Shown here: positions 1-11,399 of the stretch, one piece after another
How positions within the stretch are numbered: position 1 is the stretch's first letter
How the letters are laid out: the number at the start of each line of letters is the position of its first letter
Assembly: GCF_018977255.1 (NCBI RefSeq)
Contig: NW_024704742.1
Span: 21,206,001-21,270,000 of the forward strand
DNA length: 64,000 nt
Direction of reading: 5' to 3'
Origin: Callorhinchus milii
Lineage: Eukaryota
Notes under the pieces: model-generated
Databases searched by the model: none
What the model saw: the letters and a program-made list of their open reading frames with translations, nothing else
Told to the model about the DNA's origin: nothing
Position numbers and translations under genes: made by a program

Positions 1-400
1 TATTATTCCACATAACATAACACTGTCCCTCCTAATCCCCTCTCCTATTCCCTTATCTCTCATGTTTCCTCTCAAATACATTGATACTTTCAGAATTTAA
101 CCTTAGCTTTAGGGCAATGAATTCAACATTCTCACCATCTTTTGCATGAAGAAGTTCCTTCTAAACTCCCTTTTAGATCTACTACAGGAAATCTTATATT
201 GTATGCCTTTTTTTTGGACAGCAAATTGAAGCATTATATAATTTTAAACACTCTATCAAGTCCCCTCTCAATTGTGTCTCCTCCAAACTGTTTAATCTTT
301 CTTGAAAGCTGTATCCACTCATCTGGTAACATCCTTGAAAATCTATGCTGTATTCTCTCCAATGTTAGACAACAATAGGTAATCCTAGAATAGATGCAAA
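1..400 (-). mobile_element. Degenerate CR1 LINE 3' fragment
   Basis: The reverse strand resembles the CR1 ORF2 C-terminus/3'UTR of the better copies at 32818-33236 and 43851-44722. Heavily mutated. Confidence 0.6.
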
Positions 401-1245
401 GTTTCATGATTTGGAGAATCTAGAATGAACACAGACTGAATCGCTACTGAAAGTGGATTTTCTTTAAAGACTCATTAAATAAGCATTTTCTTTAATCAAA
501 TGAGATTAAATTAAACATGAGATTGAATTAAACATTTTTTTAAAACAAATCCCCTCTTTGTGCCTTCTTCAAATTAATATTCAATAGTGAATCAACTCAA
601 ATGTTATTTTTGAACGTTATCTTACCCCAAACTTCACTCAGTATTGAAAGCTGTTCCATGAAAACAAATGCGTAATTAAAAGGCTGGAAAAGTGTGGGTA
701 GGCACTGTACTGTTAGGCTGGGATTATGAAATCAAAGCTCCAGTTTATATTGTCACTCTTAGGGAGTTTGAAGTTGGCAGTGCAGAGAAAGCCTTCAAAT
801 TTAAAATTGTGTAGAATTACAAAAAATTCTTAATCACAGTCTTACTTTGAAAGCTGGTTTTGCACATTCTTTAAAAAGAAGCATCTGCAAACTTACATTT
901 TAAGATAAAATGGTCTCAAATGGTCTCAAATACAAAATGGTTTAATGCTCGGTGGAATTTGGGTTCTCAGACATTGCAACATTGCAATGTTAAGAATAGC
1001 CAGTAAAATGCTCAATATTATTGTATTGCTACCATTTTAATAAAGACATTCCAAGATTGCGAGAACCATAGCGAGCTTTAATATCAAATAATTAAATTTA
1101 GCTCACTCAGGCTTGGAAACTCAACCATGCCAGCATTTCCATTGGCATCATCAAGACTCATAGATTAAATTATGTATTTTAGAAACACAGCAGAACACAA
1201 TGACTATTGAAGTTTATAATATCGTGAACTTCTTTTGATGAGAAA

Positions 1246-1305
1246 ATGAGATCCAGCTGTCTTTCCAATTCCACAGAAAAACGTGGAAAGACAGCAGGAT
1301 CTCAT
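1246..1305. repeat. 22-bp inverted repeat with 16-nt loop (hairpin)
   Basis: ATGAGATCCAGCTGTCTTTCCA (1246-1267) pairs with TGGAAAGACAGCAGGATCTCAT (1284-1305), 1 mismatch. Confidence 0.9.
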
Positions 1306-2257
1306 ATTGGAGTACAGTTCTCTCACCTTCTAAAAGCTGAGGAGGATGGGGGAGGGCGGCATTAATGGAATGACCATCAAATCGTCACCAGTGCTGCTCT
1401 TCAGTCAGACACTAGGAGTTACCTAACGGTGGATCATAAATGATTCTCCAGGATCTGGTGCTCCCTCGCTCTAGGTGAAAAGCTTGACCTTCCCTTGGGG
1501 CCTCCCTCATGGCCCTGCACTGTGATCAAGGACATTAGAATACAGGAAATCAAAATGTACCTCTCTATGTCTTCAAAACACACAATACGGTTCCAATAGG
1601 CCACAGGTTCAGGGTTGTCAAGGGAAATTATAGAACAGACACCAGGAATTATTTCTATACATTGGGAGATGAGAGCGATACATGGGATTGATTTAAGAAA
1701 CACTTTGGTACTGTAATAGAAAGATGGTGAAGTTGACATTCGGGAAGGATAAAACCGAATGGACTGAAAGGCCTGTTTTATCCACATCTCTCTTGCGAGC
1801 TTGTGAATATGCAGAAACACTCACCGCTGCCACATTACCATTTTTTTTCTATAAAAAGTTCCAAAGGATTGGCAAGGATAACGTGGGCTGCAGGTTTGGT
1901 ACAAATCCTTGTAGCCAGAGTCAGATGAAAGAACAGCCAATATGTCAACCTATCATCTTTCTTCTGGCATTTCTGTCTGTGTTTCAGAATTTCGGCACTG
2001 TCAATTTTTTTTATTTCAGATGAAAGAGGATTGAGAGTACATTTGAAAGCTGAAAAAAGTGTGTTGCTTATGAGTGAAATAAAGTTCTGGTATTTTTATG
2101 AACTCTCATCACGTCACAGGGTCTCAAATTGCTTCATAAATATTACTATTAAGTGTAGTGACTATATTTGTAGGTGAAAGCACCAGTAGCTGGGACCAGA
2201 AAGGTCTCATAAACAACCATGAGGTGAATAATCAATTAAATCTAGAAGTTTATTTGA

Positions 2258-2404
2258 AACAACAACAACACGATTACATTTGTTTAGCACCTTTCACGGT
2301 GGGAGGACGTCCCAAGGCGCTGGACAGTGTACAGCATTTCAGACCTGAGCTGGTGTCAGTGGGGGAGAAGGGAGGGGAGGGTAAGGGGGGTGGCCGATGG
2401 CATG
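2258..2404 (-). mobile_element. L2 LINE 3' end (3'UTR, stem-loop, (TTG)n tail); non-inverted part of a 5'-inverted copy
   Basis: The reverse strand reads CATGCCATCGGCCACCCC...GCGCCTTGGGACGTCCTCCCACCGTGAAAGGTGCT...GTTGTTGTTGTT, the same tail as the L2 at 36720. Confidence 0.9.
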
Positions 2405-3034
2405 TTGCACACTTCAACTCACCAAGCCAGTCAGGAACCTAGGTGTCTTGTTCAACCCTCAACTGTCTTTTCTTCCCCACATTCAAGCCATGACCCACTC
2501 TGCCTTCCCTCACCTCCGTAACATTGTCCGACTCCCCCACTACCTCACCCCTCAGGCTGCTGAAACTCTTGTTCATGCCTTCATCACCTCCAGGCTTGAC
2601 TATGCAAACTCCCTGCTTGTCGGCCTTCCCAACTCGTCCTTCTACAGGCTGCAGATAATCCAGAACTCTGCAGCCCGTGTCCTCTCCGACTCCAAACTCC
2701 ATGACCCCATCTCCCCCATTCTCGCCCGATTCCATTGGTTCCTTATCCTTCAGAGGATCCAGTCCAAGATCCTGGTCCTCACCTACAAAGCCCTCTATGG
2801 CCTCACCCCACCATACTTCTGCAACCTCCAAACCCCCTACCAACCTACCCACTCCCTCCGCTCAGCCGGCTCTGGCCTGCTCCACATCCCCCAAACCACC
2901 CGCCCCACCATTAGCGGGAGAGCCTTCAGCCACTCTGCCCCCAACCTCTGGAATTGCATCCCCCAATCACTCCGCCTCGCCCCCTCCTTAGCCTCCTTCA
3001 AGTCCTGCCTCAAAACCCTCCTCTTCGACCACGC
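2405..3034 (+). mobile_element. L2 LINE ORF2 C-terminal segment (inverted relative to its own tail)
   Basis: ORF 2397-3143 encodes VRNLGVLF...[20 protein letters not shown]...QNSAARVL...LWN...FKSCLKTLLF, typical of L2 ORF2. It stops at TTCGACCACGC, where the 2258-2404 piece continues. Confidence 0.92.
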
Positions 3035-3051
3035 ACACACCAGAAGCATTA

Positions 3052-3445
3052 ATCAACTGTCTCAGTTGATAGCACTGTCACTTCCGAGTCGGAAGGTTGT
3101 GTCCAAGCCCCATGTCAGGACATGGAACACATATATAGTCTAGGTTGACACTCTGGCGCAGTGTTGGGGATGTGGTGTATTGTTGGATGTACCATCCATC
3201 AGATGAGACATTCAACTGGTGTTCCATTTGCCTGTTCAGGTGGATGTTAAAGATCCCATGACACTATTTGAAAAGAGAAGGGAATTTCTCCCAGTGTTCT
3301 GGCCAATAATCCCCCAATAAAATTAGTCAACTCACTTTATGGCCATTTGTGGGACATTGCAGTCCCTCACTTTACAGTATATCCTGAGAAGCACCTTGAA
3401 ATATTCTGCTGACATGAAAGCAGTTTTACCAAATGTTAGGTTAAT
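3052..3445 (+). mobile_element. Deu-domain tRNA-SINE (SacSINE1-like), old copy
   Basis: tRNA-like head CTCAGTTGATAGCACT; Deu core GTTCAGGTGGATGTTAAAGATCCCATGACACTATTTGAA; L2-type tail. Confidence 0.8.
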
Positions 3446-3595
3446 ATTATAGGGTTCTGCCTCACTGTGCTGTGGTGTAGCAGGATGCCAGTAATCCTAG
3501 GTACAATGAGTCTGGGATGTCACTCATAACAATGTGGCAGGAACGTGTTTGTGGTGGAACAAGATGTGGGTTGACAAGTCCTGGGAGCAGTTTAC

Positions 3596-3640
3596 CTGAA
3601 CACACACTCATCCAAGAATTTGTATGTGGTACTGGGACAT
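3596..3640 (-). other. Candidate 45-nt exon (alternative donor would extend it to 3466); product unknown
   Basis: Strong acceptor CTTTATTTCTTCCTACTCTTCAG|AT. Donors CAG|GTAAAC at 3595 or ACA|GTGAGG at 3465. Unique sequence, no recognised homology. Confidence 0.2.
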
Positions 3641-4841
3641 CTGAAGAGTAGGAAGAAATAAAGCAGCTCAAGAGTGTGGACAAAAAAAATGATAACCAAT
3701 TATGGTCCCTTTAGTTGATGTGAAAGCAGTAGATATTCTGCAATGGAACAACTGCATGAGATGCTTCAATAAGCTAACAAAGCAATTGATGCATTTCTTT
3801 CAACTTGCTGTGAGGCATCTTTCATCAGAGAAAGGAAACCTGCTGAGAACACTATGGATTCCTTATCATGGGCCTAGCCCTGAGTGAATACTTGATTCAG
3901 TTGGAACTTGCATTTCACTTACCCTGATGGACACATCTCCACAGAAATTTTAGAAGACTTGTGTCGATATTGGGTTTTAGATTTCAATGAAGCAGACAGA
4001 TCTGACAGATTCACTTAAATTAATTTGTTCTCTTGTTTTATTTAAATCAGCCATCATTCTTTTCATAAAGACTGGACCATTGACAACATGCAACATATCT
4101 GCATATTTTATTGAATGAGTGGTTTAATGATAGTTATATTTGAGACTCAAATGCTGTATGGTTCATATTCCAGATAAACACAGACACCGTTCTAATGAAC
4201 CATAATAATCTAATTTGGTTTAGTGCCTTTCATGTAGGGCGACGTCTCAAAGCGCTTCAAAGGTTATACTGTAAAGTGTATTTTGTGGGCTGCAACAGGC
4301 AATTTGTGCACTGCAGTGTCCTACAAACAGTCATGAAGTGAATGACCAATTTTATTTGGGAGATTGTTGGTCTGGCAGATGAAAAGTAAAGAATATTAAT
4401 ATAATTAATTCCAATAAACTGCATCCCTCTTTTGTCAATATCAATACATTGCCTGTTCTGGAATAATTGGGGGAACTTTAAAAAATCAGGAGTATTTGAT
4501 CCTGAACTATCTCAATACTGACTATAACAGACATGTTCCTGAAAAAAACACTGGACTCATTCAAGAAACAGTTTGATGCTGTGATGGGTATTTTGGACAG
4601 ATGAGATCACATGGACTGAAGCACATTTTGCTTGTGATCTTGTGAACATATTTATTTTCTGCTGCTAATAAATTTGGATTTCTAAGTCATGTTTGGTAGA
4701 GTACATGCAAATGCATAAATGGAGCTAGACTGATATTTCATGTGCCATACAGGGAGTGGAGCTGATAAAGTTATCTAATGACATTTGTTACTCTCGTGAC
4801 TACATTAACATTGAACTTATTGCTAAAATGAATATTATAGT

Positions 4842-5292
4842 AATAATAATCTTGAAATTTGATATAGTGCTTTCATGTCAGTTGGACGTCTCAAAAAGTG
4901 CTTGACATATTTACTGTAAAGTATAATTAGTCTATTTTCTAGGCGAATATGGCAGCCAATTTGCATACAGCAGTGTCCCACAAACAGTCATGAAGTGAAT
5001 GACCAATTTCATTTTGTAGATTTTTGGCCCAGACACCAGGAGAAATTCTATTTACTTAATAAATAGTGCAACGGGATTCTTAATGTCCACCTGATATCCA
5101 CCAAGCAGACAGGACCTTGGTTTAAACTCGGTTTAATGACTCATCTGAAAGATGGCACCTTAAACAATGCAGTGCAACTCTAACATTGCATTGAATATTT
5201 AGCCTAGATTGTGTGATTTGAAACTCCTGGCTTGAACCAACAACCATTTGATTCAGAGGCAAAAGTGCTTTCAACCGAGTGCAAGCTGACAC
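4842..5292 (-). mobile_element. Deu-domain SINE, near full length
   Basis: The reverse strand has the head GTCAGCTTGCACTCGGTTGAAAGCACT, the Deu core and a (TTA)n tail. Confidence 0.85.
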
Positions 5293-6454
5293 AATTATTC
5301 ATGAATTAAGCAAGGATAATTCTATGTGCAAAACTGCAACCCACAACCTTCCAACTCAGAATGGGAAGTTAGATTAAGACTTCTACCAACACAATTTAGT
5401 TAATGAGTGTGAATATATTTTATTACTGCTGAACAATTATTTTGATTTTAATTGACATCTTCTTTTGGCAATAGAGAAGTAATGCCATGTATTAGTCCTC
5501 CTTTACTGCACTGCAAAATTATAGGATGTAGGCTTATAACTGTGATACTGAGGTAATGTGAGTCAATAATCTCTGATGTACCATCAGGGAGAGGAGCAGA
5601 GTAAAGATCACAAATTTATCCATACAGAGAGAAACACCCTGAGCAACTCTCCTAAAGTTAGTATTAACCAGCTCCAGAACAGCCTTGGCAAGAACCAAGA
5701 AGAACTTGTTCCCCCTTCTTTTATCTAGGTGTGGCTTTTAGCTGAGAGGCCTAAAGCCTTTCTGATAGTATAACTGTTTTGTGTCACTACTGCTGTTCAC
5801 AATAAAATGTTGCCATTAATGTATAGACCAGCGGAGCATTTATTTCACCTGGGACATGATCGGAAATGTGGGTCTTTACTGACAATTAATTAAATCTTGA
5901 ACAAGATGAAATGCATTACAGTACAGCAACTCCTAGGCTTCATCATTATTAGAATGAGTCTGTTTGTTATTTGCAAAAATTGCAAACACGGTGCTTCTGT
6001 GTGACTCTGCGCATTGTTAATAGAAATGAGCCATAGTTAATGTCTCAGTTTGTCTCCAGTCTAGTTGATTGCCTTCCATTTATTGTGGTGAAACGGGAGA
6101 ATAAATGCTGTTTAAGACAATTAATGTGCTCCAGGGATGTGCAAAATTAATGAGCGCTCATAGTGCTTTGTAGAGGGACATAAATCCCAAACATTAGCAT
6201 TAGTAAATGAAATGGCCATTATTTAGTTACACAGCTAAAGTAATGCATTTCAAATTTTATGTCCAATATTCATCATTTACATTTGTCTAGATGTTTTTTC
6301 TAGCGTGTTTTAAATATCAGACAAAGCCACAAAACAGGATTCAGTGGATATTTTAATGAAACCAACACAGGTTAGACATTGCTCAATCTTTAGCAAAATA
6401 TGCCATTTAACATAATAAAACAGCCAAGGTTGAAGTACAGCATAATTACCATGC

Positions 6455-6555
6455 ATTTCCATGCATTTGTGAAACTCTCAGTCTGGTTTGGATACTCTTA
6501 AGCACGGTGAGCAGTTTGCACATGTGTCAGATACCTGGCTGACCAAAGATAAAAT
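6455..6555 (+). repeat. Unidentified old interspersed repeat (family X), 3' end
   Basis: CTCTCAGTCTGGTTTGGATACTCTTAAGCA...GTGTCAGATACCTGGCTGACCAAA, shared with 35718, 42795, 51010 and 52868. Confidence 0.85.
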
Positions 6556-7009
6556 ACAGTACAGTACAACCTGACAGATTTGAATTTGTAAGGATTTGTA
6601 AGAGTTAAACACCAGTTTGCAATGACTACAGTCTCGCAATTGCTAAATATGTATTATGGAAACACAAATGAATCATATCTCTCCCCAAGGGTGCTTCCTA
6701 CGACTCTTGTGATTTTGGCAATGGGCCAGTTTCTCTTTCGAAATCCACACTCCACCACTATACTAGAAAATATTTCTACATTTTCATGTTTAACTGGCTC
6801 ATTGACTAGGTTAGAAACATGAATTGCACATTATTGCAAGTGTTTAGTCAATGGCTGCCATTTTTTCTTGAATCCTCATGAAATTGTACTTTTGACAGTG
6901 CACCATTGAGGAGTGGTGGCCTGTGTTACTGCATTAGCTTTCCTTCGAAACGTTTGTTGAACAGACTTTACATTAGCAAAGGGAAAAATATCGACTCCTT
7001 CTATGTTTC

Positions 7010-7155
7010 TGATAGATGTTTTCAAGAATTGAAAGAGTTCAAAAATGTGGACATTAACGGGCTGCTTTCACTTGTTGACCAGTTTAAAACAAGGGAGTAG
7101 TCAGGTGTTTTATCTTTTTAGAGAAGTATTTGGCACTGAGGTTAAAAAAAAAGGC
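7010..7155 (+). mobile_element. Degenerate CR1 ORF2 C-terminal fragment
   Basis: ELKEFKNVDINGLLSLVDQFKTRE...FGTEVKKK resembles the CR1 motif KGFD.VD..LF.LV.ESKTRG...FRTE.RK. Confidence 0.55.
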
Positions 7156-8127
7156 TTGAACGAGATAACTGATGCAGGTGCTGGAATACGCATCTCGGGA
7201 CATAAAATGCATCTGTGCAGGAAGACCAATACACATCATACCAATTACTGAGAACTCTGCTCCGAACTCATATTGCCTTGGCGATAAGCTCAATACTTCA
7301 GTCTGATGCTCTTTTCAAAATTGTTTTGGTGATATCCACTTAGTACTTAGGAGGTCCCAGTTGTAATTTAATTAATCCCTGCCTCGGGTTTTGATTCCTT
7401 GTTTGTGAGCTGTTTCCATAGAAAAATAAGTGTTGTGTCCATGTACTTTCCTTAGGAAACAAATTATTTAGGCTGCTGTATAGGGCCACAAATGATGTTA
7501 TCATATGATTCAAAGAATATCCAGAATTAGAATCTCTTGCTCTGTTCTTTGTGGTGAGCAAGCTGACATACTTTGACTGTTCTTCACGGGTGTTAAAAAC
7601 TTCAAAGAAGTCAGCACGTGATAAAAAGAAGCATTGTATCCAGAAGTGAATTTCATGGTTACTGACTCCAATAGATTTATGTGTTCTATCACTGGCTGAC
7701 TAGACATTCACAGGAGCACGATACAGTATGAAGGTTATGTGAGAATTTTCCAGGATCAATTGCATCATCTGATTTAGTTTACACATTACCTCTTGGTATA
7801 ATTTAATTTTCATACATTGTTATACAGTTAAAAGAACAAACCCTGCCCATTCTATCGCATCACAATAATTCATGTTTCGGGCACTATTCCAAGTTTGAAC
7901 AACGGAAGGCTGCTAATGGATTAGTCAGTGCTTTGTAGCTTTCAGTAAGTACTATTGTCACCTAAGAACAACTTACATTTATGTAGCGGCCTTCACATAG
8001 GATAATGTCTTGGAGCGCATCACAGTGCCAGGATTGGATGTTGAGAAAAGACAAGGTCCACTTCTTGCATTTTGTTTTTGGATTATTTTGGGGTATTGCA
8101 CATTTAAAAAATAATAATATTTACAGC

Positions 8128-8250
8128 TCCACTGATGACCCAATGGGTAAAGAAATCATCCAGTGAGGCATAAGGTCGGAACTAGAAGTCATGAATCTCT
8201 GCTGTTAGTCAATCCCACAAAGGACAGCAGTTAGGCTCTACAATTAAAAT
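8128..8250 (+). mobile_element. Degenerate LF-SINE-like 5' portion
   Basis: CCACTGATGACCCAATGGGTAAAG...GCAGTTAGGCTCTACAATT resembles the LF-SINE head as I remember it, and the copies at 36440 and 54045. Confidence 0.4.
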
Positions 8251-9477
8251 GGGCAGGTGGGCAATAAAAAAATTCTGGACTTTGTTTCTTGATTTATTTC
8301 TGCTTGATCACTGTTATTAAGCAACTGGATAATTTAAATTAAGTGCTTGATAATATGATTTGTGTTTCCTTCAAAATACAATCCTGACTTTCCTGCATAA
8401 TTACTTGATCATGAAGCTAGAAAACAAATTATGTTTGTGTAACTGCAAGCTGATAACTGTGTACTGATGTAATAAGCAAGCTGCAGGCAGAGCAATAACA
8501 AAATGAATAAGGTAATGCATTACCTGCAATGTATCATTTTGTATATTAGACAGTACAACACCAGAATGCAATACTGTGACAAGTGTCCGTATAAAATCAT
8601 CGGAAGATGAACTCCTGCCAGTTACGGCAAATTAAAATGAATTTCAATATAATTAAATGCTGGATCCAGCATAATTTAAATTTTAAATTAGCTGCTGTCT
8701 ACTTCAGCATTTTACAACAAATTAACTGATTGCTTCTTTATCCAGGGTAGGAGCAGGAACTGATCATTTTTTTTAAATAAAGGACTGATGGATACAAATT
8801 ACATTTTGTTCTGTCAGAAAAAGGTAGTAAATCATTCATGAATGAAAAGCAACTAATGTAATGAGGAAAGGGATGGACGGGGCTGCAAAAGTGCAAGGTA
8901 AATGATACAAACAAGGTGAAAAGTGACACCAGGAAAGCATAGCAATCTCCAGGGAATCAGTGATAGCCATGTTACATTCCCCAAGATGACCATTACAGGC
9001 TGAATACTGCGAACGAGTGATGAACTGAGGATAACAGATGATACTGCCTGATCAATGAGAGAATTCACACTCATTATCCGTTTTCCTGGATTAACATTGT
9101 TTGACTCTGGATCAAATACATTAAAATTTGGGCTTTTATAATGCAAACCCTGTGAATCACTGTGTCTTTACAGCAGTTTAGTAAATGTGTTTATTGATAG
9201 AAAGACCAGTCGGCATTATAGCAAAATTATTATTCAATAGGGAAGCTTTTCTAAACACAATTTACAGTCATCAGCTACCATTTACTGATGATGCAAGCTA
9301 AAAAATATTGACAAAAGCTTTTAGCGACTGTAGTAATTACTGCAATTCTCAGTGAGGATGCTCTGGTTACAATTTACAGTGTGCCAATAAACAATTGTTC
9401 CACAGGTATGTTTTAAAAATAACTTTAGCCTCATAAAACATGTCTACTGGTAGTTTAAGAACCCAGCCCCTCAAATT

Positions 9478-9620
9478 AAACATAGTGATACACGGAAACA
9501 GGCTATTCGGCCCAACTTGCTCATTCCAGTATATAGATGAGCCCTCACCCCTCTTGTTCTCCTCTCCTATACCATTCTGTTCTCTTTTTCCTCATGTATT
9601 CATCAAGTTTCCTTTTAAAC
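9478..9620 (-). mobile_element. CR1 3' terminus
   Basis: The reverse strand has GGGCCGAATAGCCTGTTTCCGTG, the CR1 terminal stem-loop motif. Confidence 0.65.
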
Positions 9621-9999
9621 AAAGAGATCATACAAGGATTTTAGAGATACTCAATGATGATAAATTTGATCTCAAACTGTTCACAATGAAAAAATATACA
9701 GTAAAAAGTGACAAATATGATGATAAATGAAAAGCTGCTCACATAGCTTCTGTGCTTAGATTCTTTATCAAAGGGCCCTCTGAATACAGTAAGTTCATAG
9801 TTCCCCAGTGCTCCATCTTCTGTATGTCATTACGCCTTTAAGCCAGTGTCTGTCACAAGTGTATTTGCAATTTGTATACAGTTTTGCCCCTTCACCTCTA
9901 ATGTACCAATTTGAAACTTGTTGATCTGTTGAATTTCATTTTTCTCGGAGGTTGTCACCATATGAACTTTTACAAGTTTGCCATGAATTCATTCTATTG

Positions 10000-10650
10000 T
10001 TCTTCATCCTCCACATCTGTGCCATGTCCCATGTCAACATCGCCCGGCTCCACCACTGCCTCTCATCGCAGGCTGCCGAGGCCCTCATCCACGCATTCAT
10101 CACATCCAGGCTCCAACTCCTCCTCCACAGGCTACAGATCATCCAGAACTCTGCAGTCCGTGTCCTCTCCCGCACCAGGCTCTGCGTCACTATTACCCCC
10201 ATCTTCACCCTGCTCCATAGGCTCCCCATCATTCAGAGAATACAGTTCAAGATCCTGGTCCTCACCTTCAAAGCCCTCCAGACCTTGCTCCTCCCTACCT
10301 CTGTGACCTCCTACGCCCCCAACACCCTCTCCGCTCCCTCCGCTCAGCCTGCTTCATGTCTCTCGCCTTGCCCGCCCCAACATTGGTGGGCAGGCCTTCA
10401 GCCTCTTTGCCCCCACCATATGGAACTCCATCCTACAGTCCCTCTGCCTCAACCCCTCCTTTGCCTCCTTGAAGACCCTTCTCTTCAACCGTGTCTTCAG
10501 TCACCCCCCCTACCCCTACCTCCCTGCACTCAACCCCTCTTGATCCTAACCACCAGCTCAGGTGCAGATCCCTGACTGTCCAGCACCTTGGAACGTCCTC
10601 CTGATGTGAAAGGCTCTATACAAATGTAATTTGTTGTTGTTGTTGTTATT
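10000..10650 (+). mobile_element. 5'-truncated L2 LINE
   Basis: AEALIHAFITSRL...QNSAVRVL...LHRLPIIQRIQFKILVLTFKAL; tail GCACCTTGGAACGTCCTCCTGATGTGAAAGGCTC...(TTG)n. Confidence 0.9.
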
Positions 10651-11009
10651 GGAGATTCAGATGTAATCAACAACAATTTGCATTTTTTATATAGCGCCCT
10701 TCACGCGGGGTAGTGTCCCGGAGTGCTTCAAATCAGTAGTGCTGTGAATGATTCAGCAGCCATTTGCTACTAATTGCATTAATTTTACCTTAGAGTCCAT
10801 AACAGATCGGGTTTGTTGAGCTGAATGGAATGTTCTCATTCTATGTTTAATTGAGTTCCACCAGGAGATGTGTCGCTGTGCATTGTGACCGAGGTGGGAT
10901 GGGTGGGATCTCCCATAAGTGCACTTGACCGGCCTCTGGGCACTGTTCTGCCTCTTACAAATTTGCCATGAAATCAGCCTTACATGCATGTTCCTTCCAT
11001 TTTCATTAG

Positions 11010-11388
11010 GGGTCAGACAGTAGCACCCTCATCTCCCTGGGTTAGAAGATTGTGGGTCCAAGCCCCACTTCGGGAGATGGCCAATGCGGCCCACGTGACT
11101 ATTTTATACATGGGTAATGCAGCCCCCTGTGGCCCATAGATCGCAAGTTCGCCATTCCTGATCTAGGATGATACTCCAATGCAGTACTAGGGGTGTAATA
11201 ATCATAAAAGCAATAATGCTTGTATTTGATTTGGTGCCTTATCATGGCTTTGAGATGACTCAAAGGCGCTTCACAGAATATACTGTAAAGTGAATTGACT
11301 ATACGTTATGGGCAAAGCGCAAAGTGTACTGCATTGCTGGGGGTGCATCTTTCGGATTAGAAGATAAATCAAGGTCCCAGCTGCACCC
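11010..11388 (+). mobile_element. Deu-SINE 5' half interrupted by a hAT-like fragment and an antisense SINE tail
   Basis: Head TAGCACCCTC...TTGTGGGTCCAAGCCCCAC. It resumes at ATCTAGGATGATACTCCAATGCAG and at TGCATTGCTGGGGGTGCATCTTTCGGAT. Confidence 0.65.
11076..11140. mobile_element. Possible tiny hAT-type MITE remnant
   Basis: Ends GATGGCCAA and TTCGCCATTCCTG resemble CAGGGATGGCCAA-type TIRs; internal TGCGGCCC motif; followed by ATCTAGGA (Charlie-like target). Confidence 0.4.
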
Positions 11389-11399
11389 TTGATGATAGG

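Noticed and set aside
8510..8525. Perfect 16-bp palindrome AGGTAATGCATTACCT
   Set aside because: About one or two such palindromes are expected by chance in 64 kb of AT-rich DNA.
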